Counted from the stretch's first letter, positions 37,497 to 48,308 are shown. The stretch: DNA of 64,000 nucleotides from an uncultured Desulfarculus sp. (GCA_963665125.2 CAXXUK010000001.1:2080001-2144000), one strand, 5' to 3'. Notes: generated by a model not told the origin, from the sequence alone. Program-made: numbers and translations.

Positions 37497-37880
37497 TTAT
37501 TTTTTAGCTTTACCCTTGTTTTCAGCGGGCGGGGCCTGAACCGCGCCGCCAATACCGGCCACCGAAGCGCGCTGCACCTTGACCCGAACCTGGGGAGCGA
37601 TCTCGACAACCAGAGTCTGGTCGCTTACGCCGGTGATCTTGCCGTGGATGCCGCCGGAAGTGACAACGGGATCGCCCTTTTTAAGCTGAGCCAGCATCTC
37701 CTTGTGGGCCTTGGTCTTTTTCTGCTGGGGGCGGATCAGCAGAAAATAGAAGATCACGAACATCAACACCAGCATGGGCAGGGGGCCGGTGAGCAGACCG
37801 GCAATACCGCCGGGAGCGGCCGCATCGCCGCCGCCGGCTTCCTGGGCCATGGCCGCGGTCGCAAACAAGAAATCCAACAT
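37497..37880 (-). CDS. yajC: preprotein translocase subunit YajC
   Basis: FYFLLIRPQQK, LKKGD.VVTSGGIHG. Confidence 0.95.
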   Translation of the reverse strand: MLDFLFATAAMAQEAGGGDAAAPGGIAGLLTGPLPMLVLMFVIFYFLLIRPQQKKTKAHKEMLAQLKKGDPVVTSGGIHGKITGVSDQTLVVEIAPQVRVKVQRASVAGIGGAVQAPPAENKGKAKK

Positions 37881-37910
37881 CGCTTATCCTCCGATCGTTA
37901 CTGCCGCGAC

Positions 37911-39026
37911 CTAGTCCAAACCCGATTCGAGCTCGGCCAGGGTCTTTTCGGCGAATTGGTCGTATTCTTTTTGGGCTATGGCCCGGCGTAGCCGTTCCAT
38001 CAGGCCCAAGATAAAATGCAAATTATGTAATGTGTTCAGCCTGTAGGCCAACAACTCCCCGGCCATGTACAAATGGCGCAGGTAGGCCCGGCTGAAACGC
38101 CGGCAGGTGGGGCAGCCGCATCCCTCCTCCACCGGTCTGGGGTCATCCTTGTAACGGGCGTTTTTTATATTCATGCGCCCGCGCGAGGTGAGCAAGGCCC
38201 CGGTGCGCGCCGTCCTGGTGGGCAGCACGCAGTCGAACATATCAACCCCGAGGCCAGCGCAGCGAACCAAGTCCGCCGGATCACCAACCCCCATAAGATA
38301 GACTGGTCCGGCTTCGGAAACAAGAGGGACTGTGCGTTCTATGACCTCCATCATGATTTCTTTTGGCTCGCCGACACTCAGGCCCCCCAGGGCGTAGCCG
38401 TCCAAATCCAAATCCAGCAGCATCCGGGCCGAGCGGGCCCGCAGGTCATGATACACGCCTCCCTGGACAATTCCCATCAGGGCGCCGCCGTTTTCGCTGC
38501 GGGCGGCCTTGGCCCTGGCCGCCCATACGGCGTCGCGGTCCATGGAATTTGTTATGTAGCCTCTGTCCGCTCCTGGCGGAGGGCACTCGTCAAGGACCAT
38601 CATTATATCACTGCCCAGCAGCTCTTGGGCCTCAACAGCCCGCTCCGGGGTCAGACGCATGGGTTTGCCGTCCAAATGGGACTGAAAACTGACGCCATCG
38701 TCGTCGAGCTTGCGGTTGGCCGCCAGACTGAAGACCTGATATCCACCGCTGTCGGTGAGGATGGGCCCATTCCAGGCCATGAACTTGTGCAGTCCGCCCA
38801 GGGCCGCCACTTCCTCGGCTCCGGGCCGCAGGGACAGGTGATAGGTGTTGCCCAGGATGATATCGGCTCCGGCCTCGACGACCTCCTCTGGCATGAGGGT
38901 CTTCACCGTGGCCTGGGTGCCTACCGGCATGAAGGCCGGCGTACGAACGTCACCCCGGCGGGTGTGTAGAATCCCGGTTCTGGCCCGGCCGTCGGTGGCC
39001 GCTATTTCCAACGACATTCTGGTCAT
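37911..39026 (-). CDS. tgt: tRNA-guanine transglycosylase
   Basis: TPAFMPVGT, LTDSGGYQVFSL, DMFDCV and CGCPTC motifs. Confidence 0.96.
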   Translation of the reverse strand: MTRMSLEIAATDGRARTGILHTRRGDVRTPAFMPVGTQATVKTLMPEEVVEAGADIILGNTYHLSLRPGAEEVAALGGLHKFMAWNGPILTDSGGYQVFSLAANRKLDDDGVSFQSHLDGKPMRLTPERAVEAQELLGSDIMMVLDECPPPGADRGYITNSMDRDAVWAARAKAARSENGGALMGIVQGGVYHDLRARSARMLLDLDLDGYALGGLSVGEPKEIMMEVIERTVPLVSEAGPVYLMGVGDPADLVRCAGLGVDMFDCVLPTRTARTGALLTSRGRMNIKNARYKDDPRPVEEGCGCPTCRRFSRAYLRHLYMAGELLAYRLNTLHNLHFILGLMERLRRAIAQKEYDQFAEKTLAELESGLD

Positions 39027-39027
39027 A

Positions 39028-40119
39028 TCATAAAATCAAAGTGGCGTCGCCAAAGCTGTAGAAGCGGTATTTCAGCGCAACGGCCTCGCGGTATGCGTCC
39101 AGGACCCTTTGCCTGCCGGCCAGGGCGGAAACCAACATCAGCAGGGTCGTGCGCGGCAGATGGAAATTGGTCAACAACCCGTCGGCCACCTTGAATTCAT
39201 GGCCCGGCGCGATCATTATGTCGCACCATCCCTTATGGTCTCGGGGCACGCCTCCCGGTCCGGCCAGCCACTCCAGGGCCCGCATGCTGGTTGTGCCCAC
39301 GGGAATGACCCTGCCGCCCCGGGCCTTGGTTTGGGCCACGGCCCGGCTCGTTTCCCGGCCCAGTTCCACCCATTCGGCGTGCAGCCTGCCCCTGGCCAAA
39401 TCCTCTGGCGATGGTTCGGCAAAGGTGCCATAGCCCACGTGCAGGGTCAGATGGGCTGTTTCAACGCCCCTGCGCCGCAGTGCGGCCAATAGTTCGGCGC
39501 TGAGGTGCAGCCCGGCCGTGGGCGCGGCCACGGCGCCGTCATTGGCGGCATAAACTGTCTGATAGCGGTCCTTGTCGCCGCCGGTGGGCCCCTCCGGCCT
39601 TTTAATATAGGGCGGCAGGGGCACAAGGCCGTATTTTTCGGCAAGATGCAGGGCGTCGCACGAGGTCAAAACCACGGCCGCGCCCTTTTCGCCCCGCTTC
39701 AGGACGGTGATCCGCTCTCCACCGGGCAGATCGAGCACCTGCCCCACCTTGACCGGCCTGCTGCTGCGCAACAAAACCTCGTGGCGCTGGCCGCCGCCGT
39801 CCAAGCGCTCCAGGGGCAGCGACGGACTCAGAAAAAAGACCTCAACCTTGCCGCCGGTGGGCTTTTGGGCCAGCAAACGGGCGGGTACGACCTTGGTGTC
39901 GTTCAACACCAGCAGATCTCCGGGCCGTAGGATGGTGCACAAATCGGCGATGCGCCGATGAGCCGGTGGGCCGCCATCCCGCCCCATGAACATCAAGCGA
40001 GCCTGAACCCTGCGCCGGGCCGGCTGCTGGGCGACCAATTCCGGCGGTAGTTCATAGTCATAGGCCGCCAGGGGATCGGCGTGTTCACTCATAAGATCGT
40101 TTGCCGTCTGGGGGGCCAA
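39028..40119 (-). CDS. queA: SAM:tRNA ribosyltransferase-isomerase
   Basis: RYQTVYA, AAPTAGLH, TNFHLP and YRFYSFGDA motifs; alternative start ATG 40092. Confidence 0.95.
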   Translation of the reverse strand: MAPQTANDLMSEHADPLAAYDYELPPELVAQQPARRRVQARLMFMGRDGGPPAHRRIADLCTILRPGDLLVLNDTKVVPARLLAQKPTGGKVEVFFLSPSLPLERLDGGGQRHEVLLRSSRPVKVGQVLDLPGGERITVLKRGEKGAAVVLTSCDALHLAEKYGLVPLPPYIKRPEGPTGGDKDRYQTVYAANDGAVAAPTAGLHLSAELLAALRRRGVETAHLTLHVGYGTFAEPSPEDLARGRLHAEWVELGRETSRAVAQTKARGGRVIPVGTTSMRALEWLAGPGGVPRDHKGWCDIMIAPGHEFKVADGLLTNFHLPRTTLLMLVSALAGRQRVLDAYREAVALKYRFYSFGDATLIL

Positions 40120-40140
40120 AAATGGAGCTCCTGATCCGAT

Positions 40141-40234
40141 AGGTTGTTGAAAAAGTCCTTCCCGGACAGTTTCAACCGCTGGTTGTTCAAACGTGGTTCT
40201 GATAAGCAGCTCAATTAACTTGTTTAAACAACCT
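40141..40234. repeat. short degenerate element with terminal inverted repeats (MITE/REP-like)
   Basis: AGGTTGTTGAAAAA ... TGTTTAAACAACCT (12/14 complementary), internal partial copy GGTTGTTCAAA. Confidence 0.45.
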
Positions 40235-40514
40235 GCTTGGCGGCACGGGAAATCAAGTTGCCAAAATCCAAAATACGCGTCCGGCAGCGTTGTGGCGTCA
40301 ACCTGCCGGAATCTAGCATATTATTCTGCCGCACCGGCATTGTCAACCTTACGCAACACCTTTTCAATATTGCAAAAAACATTGCCACTCCCGGCTTGTC
40401 CGGATATAAAAGGGAAGTAATCCGATTTGGTTTATATTGAATAAACCAACTTGTTTGCCGCGACCGGCCTTGAAGTTGGTTTGAGCTGTATCAGATATCT
40501 TTGGAGTGATTGAT

Positions 40515-40691
40515 ATGCCTGTTTGGGTCAAATGCAAGACAGAAGGCTGCGGCGGGGATGTCCGCGCCGCTGAATACGCCCAGGTCCCTGAGGATAAACT
40601 CGATGAGGTTCTGCACAAAAAAAATTATTACCTGTGCCAGACCTGCGGCAAGGTGCATGGTTACCAAAAGGAAGACCACTTCGCGGAATAA
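40515..40691 (+). CDS. small Cys-rich putative zinc-binding protein
   Basis: 58 aa, GGAG RBS, CKTEGC...CQTCGKVH. Confidence 0.7.
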   Translation: MPVWVKCKTEGCGGDVRAAEYAQVPEDKLDEVLHKKNYYLCQTCGKVHGYQKEDHFAE

Positions 40692-40717
40692 CCAGGCAGG
40701 GTTTGAATTAGGCGGGC

Positions 40718-41464
40718 TTAGACCCGCCTTTTCTTTTTTCTGCGGGGGGAATATTCGCTACGTCTGCCGCTGGCGGCCAATACGCGTGCGCCGGCTCCGA
40801 AAACAACCCTAAGCACCTCGATCAACACAAGCCCGCCAACGATCCAGACACCGACAAAAAAGAATTTTTGGAGGATGAACCAAAAATTCCAATCCCTTTC
40901 AACCGAGGCGGATATTTCGGTCTCCTGGTCGAAAAACGAACCCAAATCCCAGCGGCCGCCTTTTTTTTCTTCATGGCCCCGTTGGATATAACCAACGCTT
41001 TCCATGGTGGTGTATGTCCGCTTTTCCTGTTTCCCCTGGGTATTCTTAACAACGCCTTGCTGTGGCTTGCTTTCCATGATGACCAGAACGCCGGGTTTTT
41101 TCAGCTTGGCCATGGCAAGGTGGGCATAGACATAAAAATTGGCCGAAGTCGTTGGAATGATAGTATGGGGGCCGGTTTTAAAACGGGCCCACACCTCCCA
41201 GTTTTCGTCACGAATCATTTCATGAAGATAATAGTCGGCGCCCTCTATATGGGCCGGGCCTTCGGCAACATCCGGCCTGGCCACGATCTCCATCAGGACC
41301 GCGGCAAGCCTGGTTGCATCGGCAGCGGACACATTGCCTATTCCCGACGTCTCCGAACAGGGAATCGGCGACGCCCAAGTTTTTCCAGCCAGGCACACAT
41401 AAAAAACAATGGCGAAAACGGCCCCCCAAAATAAAAACCTGTTTGCGTTTTTCACGCCAGCCAT
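40718..41464 (-). CDS. hypothetical membrane-anchored exported protein
   Basis: N-terminal signal/TM, C-terminal TM and basic tail RRKKKRRV. Confidence 0.65.
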   Translation of the reverse strand: MAGVKNANRFLFWGAVFAIVFYVCLAGKTWASPIPCSETSGIGNVSAADATRLAAVLMEIVARPDVAEGPAHIEGADYYLHEMIRDENWEVWARFKTGPHTIIPTTSANFYVYAHLAMAKLKKPGVLVIMESKPQQGVVKNTQGKQEKRTYTTMESVGYIQRGHEEKKGGRWDLGSFFDQETEISASVERDWNFWFILQKFFFVGVWIVGGLVLIEVLRVVFGAGARVLAASGRRSEYSPRRKKKRRV

Positions 41465-41625
41465 AGTTCATCCGTCAAGATTAGCGTCCTTAAGCCGTTA
41501 ATATCAGTTTAACTTTATCATTTTAACCAACAAAAAACCATTGTCAGCGCCGCTTGACACCAATGATTTCTTCACCTACCCTTCCCAATTGCAGCTTAAT
41601 TTTAAGAAGAATGCCAGGAACGGTT

Positions 41626-42183
41626 ATGAGTGACTTTCAGCCCCAAAAGCCATGGACCCTCTTTACAACCATTTGGTTTTTTGGAATAAAACCCCGAATT
41701 AGCTTCCAATCGGCGGCTCAAGGTTCGACATTGGCATCGCCGGTGGCCTTTGTTGTTTACCTACTGTTGGCGTGCACCGCGCTACGGGCTGTATTTCATT
41801 TCATTTCGGGATCGCCGTCTTCGTCGCTGACTTGGTTGACACGGTTGCCCATGGAGACGATGTGGGTCTGCCTTGCAACCATTGGACTGCATTTTTCCTT
41901 GCGCGCCGTCAAACGCGGCCCGGTCCCGCTAGCCCTCAGTCTGCGGCTGATGGCCTACAGCCTGGGGCCGTGGATCGTTTCTCCGCTGTGGCCCATATTG
42001 CCGGGCATTGCCGGAGAAATCGCCGTATTGTTGATCCTGCTGTTTATAATGGGTATTTTATTCGCCGGCCTACGCAGCGCGTGCGGCTTGACCCCGCCAT
42101 TGGCGGCGGCGGTGATCATGATCAACCTGGTCCTGGTTATGATAGCCGCCGCATTGTTCCAGCAAATCTCGCTAATCGGCTAG
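41626..42183 (+). CDS. YIP1-like membrane protein
   Basis: About 5 TM, KP...F near the N-terminus, SLRLMAYS pattern; start uncertain. Confidence 0.55.
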   Translation: MSDFQPQKPWTLFTTIWFFGIKPRISFQSAAQGSTLASPVAFVVYLLLACTALRAVFHFISGSPSSSLTWLTRLPMETMWVCLATIGLHFSLRAVKRGPVPLALSLRLMAYSLGPWIVSPLWPILPGIAGEIAVLLILLFIMGILFAGLRSACGLTPPLAAAVIMINLVLVMIAAALFQQISLIG

Positions 42184-43961
42184 GCGGGTAGAACCAGTGT
42201 AAAGGTCGTGCCGCGTCCCGGCACCGACTCCACCTCGACCCTGCCTCCGTGATTATTGGCGGTGTGTTTGACGATGGCCAGACCGAGCCCGGTCCCCCCC
42301 ATGGATCTTGATCGATCCTTGTCGACCCGGTAGAAGCGTTCAAATATCCTGCGCAGGTGTTCCTCGGCAATGCCGATCCCCGTATCGCTGACTTTAATGT
42401 GCACCTCACCCGCCTGTTTGCTCATGGACAGGCGGACTGTGCCGCCCTTTTCCGTGTATTTGATCGCATTATCCAACAGGTTCATGACCGCCTGCTCCAG
42501 ATGGCGGCGGCTACCCCTGATGGTCAAGTCTTCGCTGGGAATGTTCAGGTCAAGCTCAACGCCGCGCTCATCGGCCAGTTCACCCACGGTGGCCAATACC
42601 GAATCCGCCAGATTTGCCCCGGAAATATCTTCCATCTCCATGGCTTTTTCACCGGATTCCATTGTGGCCAGTTCCAGGAGGTCCTGGGCCAGGCGCTCCA
42701 GGCGAATGGCGTTGCGGGTTATCATCTCGGCAAAGTGCTTGGCATATTGGGGACTGTCCAACGCGCCGCCGAGCAGGGTTTCGGCAGACCCGCGAATCGC
42801 GGTCAGCGGCGTGCGCAGTTCATGCGACACATTGGCCACGAAATCCCGGCGGATCTCTTCCACGCGCTTGCGCTCCGTAAGGTCGTGGAAAACAACCACC
42901 ACCCCCGCCTGGGGCGCGGAATCCGGCAGTCTGACGACCTGGACCTCCAGGAACCGTGATTCGCGGCCAAGGGTGCGAATCTCGGTGGTGGAAAGCAATG
43001 CGCCCTGGCGCACTTGGCTAAGGGCGTCAAGCACCTCGGCGTTGCGAAGAAATTCCGTGATTTGCCTGCCCACGGGCGAAAACGGCAGTTCCAACAGGAC
43101 CTGCAGGGCCTTGTTGGCGACAATCACCTTGCTGTCGCGGTCCAGGACCATCACGCCCTCGACCATTCCGCGCAAGACGGCTTCCAGGCGGTCACGCCCC
43201 TCGGTAATGTCGTCGATTCTGGCTTGCAGGTTGTCGGCCATGCGGTCAAAGGCCCTGCCCAGATCGCCAATTTCGTGGCCAGGATAGCGGCGGAACCGTT
43301 TTTTTAGGTCTCCACCGGCGATTTCGGTGGCTACCGTTGTCATCTCCTTGATGGGCCGGGAAAAACTGCGGGCCACAAGATAGGCCATGCCCAGGGAAAG
43401 CAACGCGCTCAAAAGCGTCGCGCCGACGATCAAGCCCTGCAAACGGCTCAGAACGTCTTTGACATTGGAAAGAGGCAATGCCAGCCGAATGGTCATGCCC
43501 GGCTGCGTGTCGTCCTTGAGCCGCATGGCGGCGTACATTAGGTCGGTATCCAGGGTGGCGCTGTAGCGGATACTGAAACCAAGTCCTTCCTGCAGCGAGT
43601 CCACAACCTCCGGCCGCGAAGCATGGTTGTCCATCTCGCCGACCTTGGCCAAGGCAACGCCGGAATCGCCGACCACGATTCCGTTGCTGTTTATCAGCGT
43701 CACCCGGGCTCCCAGCATGTTGCCCAAATCATCGGCTAGGCCATCGCCGCCAACAAGACCGTCATTTTTCTTATATCGGTCCTTTACCAATTCACTAATC
43801 AGCAACAACTGCTTCGACATGTCTGCTTCGAGTTGGTCTATCATCTCGACCCGCAGCGAACGCTGCAACACGATGGCAACGAACACCAGAGTGCAGATTA
43901 CTACAACAAGACAGCCGGCCAGAAGCCTGCTTTGAAATGTGAAGCGGGTGCGCATAATCAC
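42180..43961 (-). CDS. phoR: phosphate regulon sensor kinase
   Basis: 2 TM, NHASRPEV, HAMP, PAS, DFVANVSHELRTPLT, FERFYRVDKDRSR..GGTGLGLAIVKH; in the pst cluster. Confidence 0.9.
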   Translation of the reverse strand: MIMRTRFTFQSRLLAGCLVVVICTLVFVAIVLQRSLRVEMIDQLEADMSKQLLLISELVKDRYKKNDGLVGGDGLADDLGNMLGARVTLINSNGIVVGDSGVALAKVGEMDNHASRPEVVDSLQEGLGFSIRYSATLDTDLMYAAMRLKDDTQPGMTIRLALPLSNVKDVLSRLQGLIVGATLLSALLSLGMAYLVARSFSRPIKEMTTVATEIAGGDLKKRFRRYPGHEIGDLGRAFDRMADNLQARIDDITEGRDRLEAVLRGMVEGVMVLDRDSKVIVANKALQVLLELPFSPVGRQITEFLRNAEVLDALSQVRQGALLSTTEIRTLGRESRFLEVQVVRLPDSAPQAGVVVVFHDLTERKRVEEIRRDFVANVSHELRTPLTAIRGSAETLLGGALDSPQYAKHFAEMITRNAIRLERLAQDLLELATMESGEKAMEMEDISGANLADSVLATVGELADERGVELDLNIPSEDLTIRGSRRHLEQAVMNLLDNAIKYTEKGGTVRLSMSKQAGEVHIKVSDTGIGIAEEHLRRIFERFYRVDKDRSRSMGGTGLGLAIVKHTANNHGGRVEVESVPGRGTTFTLVLPA

Positions 43962-44641
43962 TCTCTATACCGGTAGCCGATTCCCCTGACGGTTTCGATA
44001 TTGTCGCTTATTGCTCCAAGTTTCTTGCGTAGACGCCGCACATGGGTGTCGACCGTCCGGGCATAGCCGTCGTATTCATAGCCCCAGACCTGCTCCAATA
44101 GCTGTTGGCGAGTCTGCACCCTTCCGGCGTGGCTGGCCAAATGCTGAAGCAGCTTAAACTCAGTGGCCGTCAGTTGTAAGGGCGTGCCCTGGATCGTTAC
44201 CTCGTAACGGTCAAGGTCGATGGCCAGTTCCTTGAGCTTCAAATGAGAGGCCGGCGCATCCTCGCCCTTCGATCTCCGCAGGATAGCCTTGACCCTAAGC
44301 ACCAGTTCCCTGGGGCTGAATGGTTTTGTCAGGTAGTCGTCGGCGCCCAGTTCAAAGCCGACTATGCGGTCGGTCTCGCTGGCCAGGGCCGTGAGCATCA
44401 ACACCGGAATATGGCGGGTCTTGTCATTTTGCTTCAGGCGGCGGCAGACCTCTTGGCCTTCAAGCCCGGGCAGCATGAGATCCAGGACCAAAAGGTCGGG
44501 TTTTTGCTCGGTGGCCAGCCGCAGGCCGTCCAGACCATTGGCGGCCCTGACAACATCAAAACCGGCTTGACTCAAGTTGAAATCCACCAACTCGAGAATG
44601 TCTTGTTCGTCTTCAACCACCAGAATGGTTGGCGAGTTCAT
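43958..44641 (-). CDS. phoB: phosphate regulon response regulator (OmpR/PhoB family)
   Basis: REC + wHTH (RTVDTHVRRLR, IETVRGIGY); upstream of phoR. Confidence 0.88.
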   Translation of the reverse strand: MNSPTILVVEDEQDILELVDFNLSQAGFDVVRAANGLDGLRLATEQKPDLLVLDLMLPGLEGQEVCRRLKQNDKTRHIPVLMLTALASETDRIVGFELGADDYLTKPFSPRELVLRVKAILRRSKGEDAPASHLKLKELAIDLDRYEVTIQGTPLQLTATEFKLLQHLASHAGRVQTRQQLLEQVWGYEYDGYARTVDTHVRRLRKKLGAISDNIETVRGIGYRYRE

Positions 44642-44829
44642 CTTCAACTCCATCGGCAAAGACGCATGCGGCGATAACCGGCCAAGCTAACAATGCCAGG
44701 CCATCGGTACGCCGCCAAACCGGCCCCAGGGGAAAAACCGATGACCGGGCTCCGCCCATATTAGCACCTCGAACCCGGTCAACTCAGCTTTGTTTGTCCA
44801 CAACCGGCGCATTGCCTTTATTGATTCTA

Positions 44830-45513
44830 TTAAAGGGGCCCCACGGAAACGTCATTTTCGCCGCCGTGGCGAACGATCCTGCCCTCAACCAGGAAAAACG
44901 CTTCTTCCGCGATATTGGTCGCTTCGTCGCCGATGCGCTCCAGATGCCGCGAAGCCAGGATGTATTCCACGCCGCGCCGGATCAGGCGATGTTCGTCGGT
45001 CATCCACTGCAGCATTTCCTCAAGAAATACGCGGTAGAGCGTATCCAGATCGTCATCGCGCTTGATGACCTTGCCAGCCAGTTCCAGGTCCTCGCGCAGG
45101 AAGGCATCCAAGGCGCTGGCGGTCATGTCCCTGGCTATGTCGCCCATGGTCAGAATAGTTGTGGGCACCGTGGTCGGGTGCAGTTCGCAGATGGCCAGGG
45201 CGCGCTGGGCTATATTGACGGCCTGGTCGCCCATGCGCTCTAAAAAGGTGCAGACTTTCAGCGCCGAGGCCAGGAAACGCAAATCCACCGCCACGGGCTG
45301 CTGGGTGGCCAATAACGTCAGGCATGCCCGGTCCAGGGCGTTTTCCATCAAATCGATACGCCTGTCGCCGGTGATGATTTCCTGGGCCTTGGCGGTGTCC
45401 CTGTTGGCCAGCGAATCAATGGAGCCGTAGAGGGCCTGCTCGACCAATCCGGCCATCTTTACCAGGTCTTCCTTTACCTGCTGCATCTGCCTGTGAAACT
45501 GGGTGACACTCAT
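44830..45513 (-). CDS. phoU: phosphate signalling protein PhoU
   Basis: QQPVAVDLR, LERMGDQAVNIA and LERIGDEATNIAE motifs. Confidence 0.95.
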   Translation of the reverse strand: MSVTQFHRQMQQVKEDLVKMAGLVEQALYGSIDSLANRDTAKAQEIITGDRRIDLMENALDRACLTLLATQQPVAVDLRFLASALKVCTFLERMGDQAVNIAQRALAICELHPTTVPTTILTMGDIARDMTASALDAFLREDLELAGKVIKRDDDLDTLYRVFLEEMLQWMTDEHRLIRRGVEYILASRHLERIGDEATNIAEEAFFLVEGRIVRHGGENDVSVGPL

Positions 45514-45571
45514 ATACAGTCACTTTCCATATATTTTGATATCAAACACGGCCTTATGACAATTTGGCGGC

Positions 45572-46336
45572 TTAGCCAAAACGGCCGGTTATGTACTGTT
45601 CAGTCCTCTGCTGTTCAGGCCTGGTGAAGATCGTCTCAGTGGAGCCCATTTCCACCAACTGTCCCATGTAGAAAAAGGCTGTCTTATCGGAGACGCGGGC
45701 GGCCTGCTGCATGTTGTGGGTCACGATGACGACGGTATAGTCGTCACGCAATTGCCCCACCAATTCCTCTATCCTGGCAGTGGCTATCGGGTCAAGTGCG
45801 CTGGTGGGCTCGTCCATCAAAAGCACCTCGGGCTGGACGGCCAGGGCCCGGGCGATGCACAGGCGCTGTTGCTGGCCGCCGCTGAGGGCCAACGCCGAGT
45901 TTTGCAGGATGTCACTGACCTCATCCCACAGGGCCGCCGACTTCAGCGACTGCTCCACCAGGCTGTCCAACTCGTTCTTGTTTTTAATACCGATCAACCG
46001 GGCGCCATAAGCCACATTCTCGTAAATAGACTTGGGGAACGGGTTTGGCTTCTGAAAAACCATGCCCACCCTGCGCCTGAGGTGAACCGGATCGACGTCG
46101 GGCCCGTAGATGTCTTGTCCGTCAAGCAGAACGCTGCCTTCCACCCTGGTGCCGGGAATCAGGTCGTTCATCCTGTTGAACAGGCGCAGATAGGTGGACT
46201 TGCCGCAACCGGACGGCCCGATTAGCGCCGTGACCTTCTTGCTGGTGATGTCCATGTTGACGTCGGCCAAGGCACAGTGTTTTCCATAATAGAAATTCAG
46301 GTTCTTGACTTCGATAACGATTTTTTTGTCTACCAT
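45572..46336 (-). CDS. pstB: phosphate ABC transporter ATP-binding protein
   Basis: [32 protein letters not shown] and YITGRFG motifs. Confidence 0.97.
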   Translation of the reverse strand: MVDKKIVIEVKNLNFYYGKHCALADVNMDITSKKVTALIGPSGCGKSTYLRLFNRMNDLIPGTRVEGSVLLDGQDIYGPDVDPVHLRRRVGMVFQKPNPFPKSIYENVAYGARLIGIKNKNELDSLVEQSLKSAALWDEVSDILQNSALALSGGQQQRLCIARALAVQPEVLLMDEPTSALDPIATARIEELVGQLRDDYTVVIVTHNMQQAARVSDKTAFFYMGQLVEMGSTETIFTRPEQQRTEQYITGRFG

Positions 46337-47202
46337 TTTCTTTTCTTACGCATTCTGGTGCGGATAATCACGGCAACCATGCTCAGGCCCAACACCAGGG
46401 CGATGAGCACCAGCACCGTACCGTATTGCAGGGGCCTGGTCTGTTCTATATGCGTGCCGGCCGTGGCCAGAACGTAGATGTGGTAAGGCAGGGCCATGAC
46501 TTCATCAAGGGGCGAACCCGGCAGATGCAAGGTATAGAAGGTGACCGCAGTGAACATGATCGGCGCTGTTTCACCGGCCGCCCGGCCAAGCGCCAGAATG
46601 CTGCCGGTGAGGATGCCCGGCAGGGCCGCGGGCAGGACAACCTTGTAGATCGTCTCCCAGCGGGTGGCTCCCAAGGCCAAGGAGGCCTCGCGGAATGTTT
46701 GGGGAACCTGCCTCAATGCTTCTTCCGTTGCGCCGATAACCGTGGGCAGCACCAGCAGGCCCAGAGTCAGCGAACCAGCCGCGATGCTAACGCCCATCTT
46801 GAAATAAACTACAAACAGGGCCAGGCCGAACAGGCCGAAAACCACGCTGGGCACGCCGGCAAGGTTCTGGATACCCAGCCTGATGACATCGAGCATACGG
46901 CCTTCCCTGGCGTATTCGCTCAAGTATATGGAGGCGGCCACGCCCAGGGGCAGCGCCACCAATAGCGCGCCCATGGTCAGATATAGTGTTCCGACGATTG
47001 CAGGGAAGATGCCGCCTTGAGTCATCGCCTCCCTGGGGGCCTCGGTCAGGAATTCCCAACTAATGGCCGATGCGCCCTGATACAGCAGGAAAAACACGAT
47101 ACCGCCCAGGGTGCCCAGCACAATCAGCACGGCCAAACGGAGTGTGCCAAAGGCCATCTTTTCCCGCAGCTTACGGCCGGCCAATGAAGATTTACCTGTC
47201 AT
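46330..47202 (-). CDS. pstA: phosphate ABC transporter permease
   Basis: [13 protein letters not shown] and GRAAGETAP motifs. Confidence 0.95.
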   Translation of the reverse strand: MTGKSSLAGRKLREKMAFGTLRLAVLIVLGTLGGIVFFLLYQGASAISWEFLTEAPREAMTQGGIFPAIVGTLYLTMGALLVALPLGVAASIYLSEYAREGRMLDVIRLGIQNLAGVPSVVFGLFGLALFVVYFKMGVSIAAGSLTLGLLVLPTVIGATEEALRQVPQTFREASLALGATRWETIYKVVLPAALPGILTGSILALGRAAGETAPIMFTAVTFYTLHLPGSPLDEVMALPYHIYVLATAGTHIEQTRPLQYGTVLVLIALVLGLSMVAVIIRTRMRKKRKW

Positions 47203-48173
47203 AACGTCGACGCACCCTTCTGTTGGTATTTCTTACTGAACCACGCGGCCACCAGGTTGAAGCCAAGGGTCATCAGAAACAATACGATACCGATGGCAAA
47301 AAGCGCGTAGTAGTGATCGGAGTCCACCGGCGTTTCGCCCATTTCCGCGGCAATTGTCGATGGCATGGGCCTCACCGAGTCAAAGATGCTGGTGGGAATC
47401 TGCGCCGCGCCGCCGGCCACCATCAGCACGACCATTGTCTCGCCCATGGCCCGGCTCATCCCCAGGATCACCGAGGTGCCGATGCCGCTGAGCGCCGCAG
47501 GGACCTGCACCTTGCGCATGGTCTCCCAGCGGGTGGCACCCAACGCCAGCGAGGCTTCCTTTAAGTCACCCGGCACGGCGCGCATGGCGTCTTCGCTGAT
47601 GCTTGTGATGGTGGGGATTGCCATGATGGCCAGCATCAGCGATGCGCTGAGGATATTGAGGCCCGTGGGTATGTCGAGCCATTCCTGCAACAGCGGCGCA
47701 ATTATTACCATGCCGACGAAGCCCAGGACGACCGAAGGCAGGCTGGCCAGCAGTTCAACGCCCGGCTTGATGATCTCCCTGGCCTTGCTGCCGGCCACTT
47801 CACCGATATACAAGGCGGCGCCCACGCCCAACGGCACGGCGATGAGGGAGGAAACGATCGTTACGGAAATTGAACCGACGATGAGAGGAAGGATACCCAG
47901 GTCCGGCGGGTCGTAGGTTGGATACCAGTATTGCCCGAACAGAAAATCCGTAACGTTAACAGCGCCCAGTATCCCCACGCCCTCGGAAAACAGGAACAGG
48001 ACTATCAGCCCCATTACTATCAACGAAAACAGACCGCAAAATACAAAGAACCTGCGTATCCAGACCTCACGCTCCGGACCGCCGGAAGACTTGATTGAAG
48101 CCACCGGAACGCCCCGCGTTTTCTCCGCTGTACCACTCACGTCAGCAGCCTCGGCTTGGGAAATCGTTGTCAT
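47199..48173 (-). CDS. pstC: phosphate ABC transporter permease
   Basis: ELLASLPSVVLG and SRAMGETMVV motifs. Confidence 0.95.
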   Translation of the reverse strand: MTTISQAEAADVSGTAEKTRGVPVASIKSSGGPEREVWIRRFFVFCGLFSLIVMGLIVLFLFSEGVGILGAVNVTDFLFGQYWYPTYDPPDLGILPLIVGSISVTIVSSLIAVPLGVGAALYIGEVAGSKAREIIKPGVELLASLPSVVLGFVGMVIIAPLLQEWLDIPTGLNILSASLMLAIMAIPTITSISEDAMRAVPGDLKEASLALGATRWETMRKVQVPAALSGIGTSVILGMSRAMGETMVVLMVAGGAAQIPTSIFDSVRPMPSTIAAEMGETPVDSDHYYALFAIGIVLFLMTLGFNLVAAWFSKKYQQKGASTL

Positions 48174-48242
48174 CTATATCTCCAGCTACATAGCCACATC
48201 GCTTTTTCGAAGGCAATTTTGCCCTGGCCTGATTTCACCAAG

Positions 48243-48269
48243 GTGACCGAATTGTTACATTCGCGTTAC
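48243..48269 (-). promoter_or_regulatory. Pho box (three half-sites) upstream of pstC
   Basis: Minus strand GTAAC-N6-GTAAC-N6-GTCAC, exact 11-bp period. Confidence 0.75.
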
Positions 48270-48273
48270 GGGC

Positions 48274-48308
48274 AATAAAAAACCCCCGAGCCATTGGCTC
48301 GGGGGTTT
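48274..48308 (-). terminator. intrinsic terminator after the porin gene
   Basis: AAACCCCCGAGCCA-A-TGGCTCGGGGGTTT followed by TTTATT on the minus strand. Confidence 0.85.

Noticed and set aside
45556..45562. TTGTCAT Pho half-site upstream of phoU
   Set aside because: No partner half-site at 11-bp spacing
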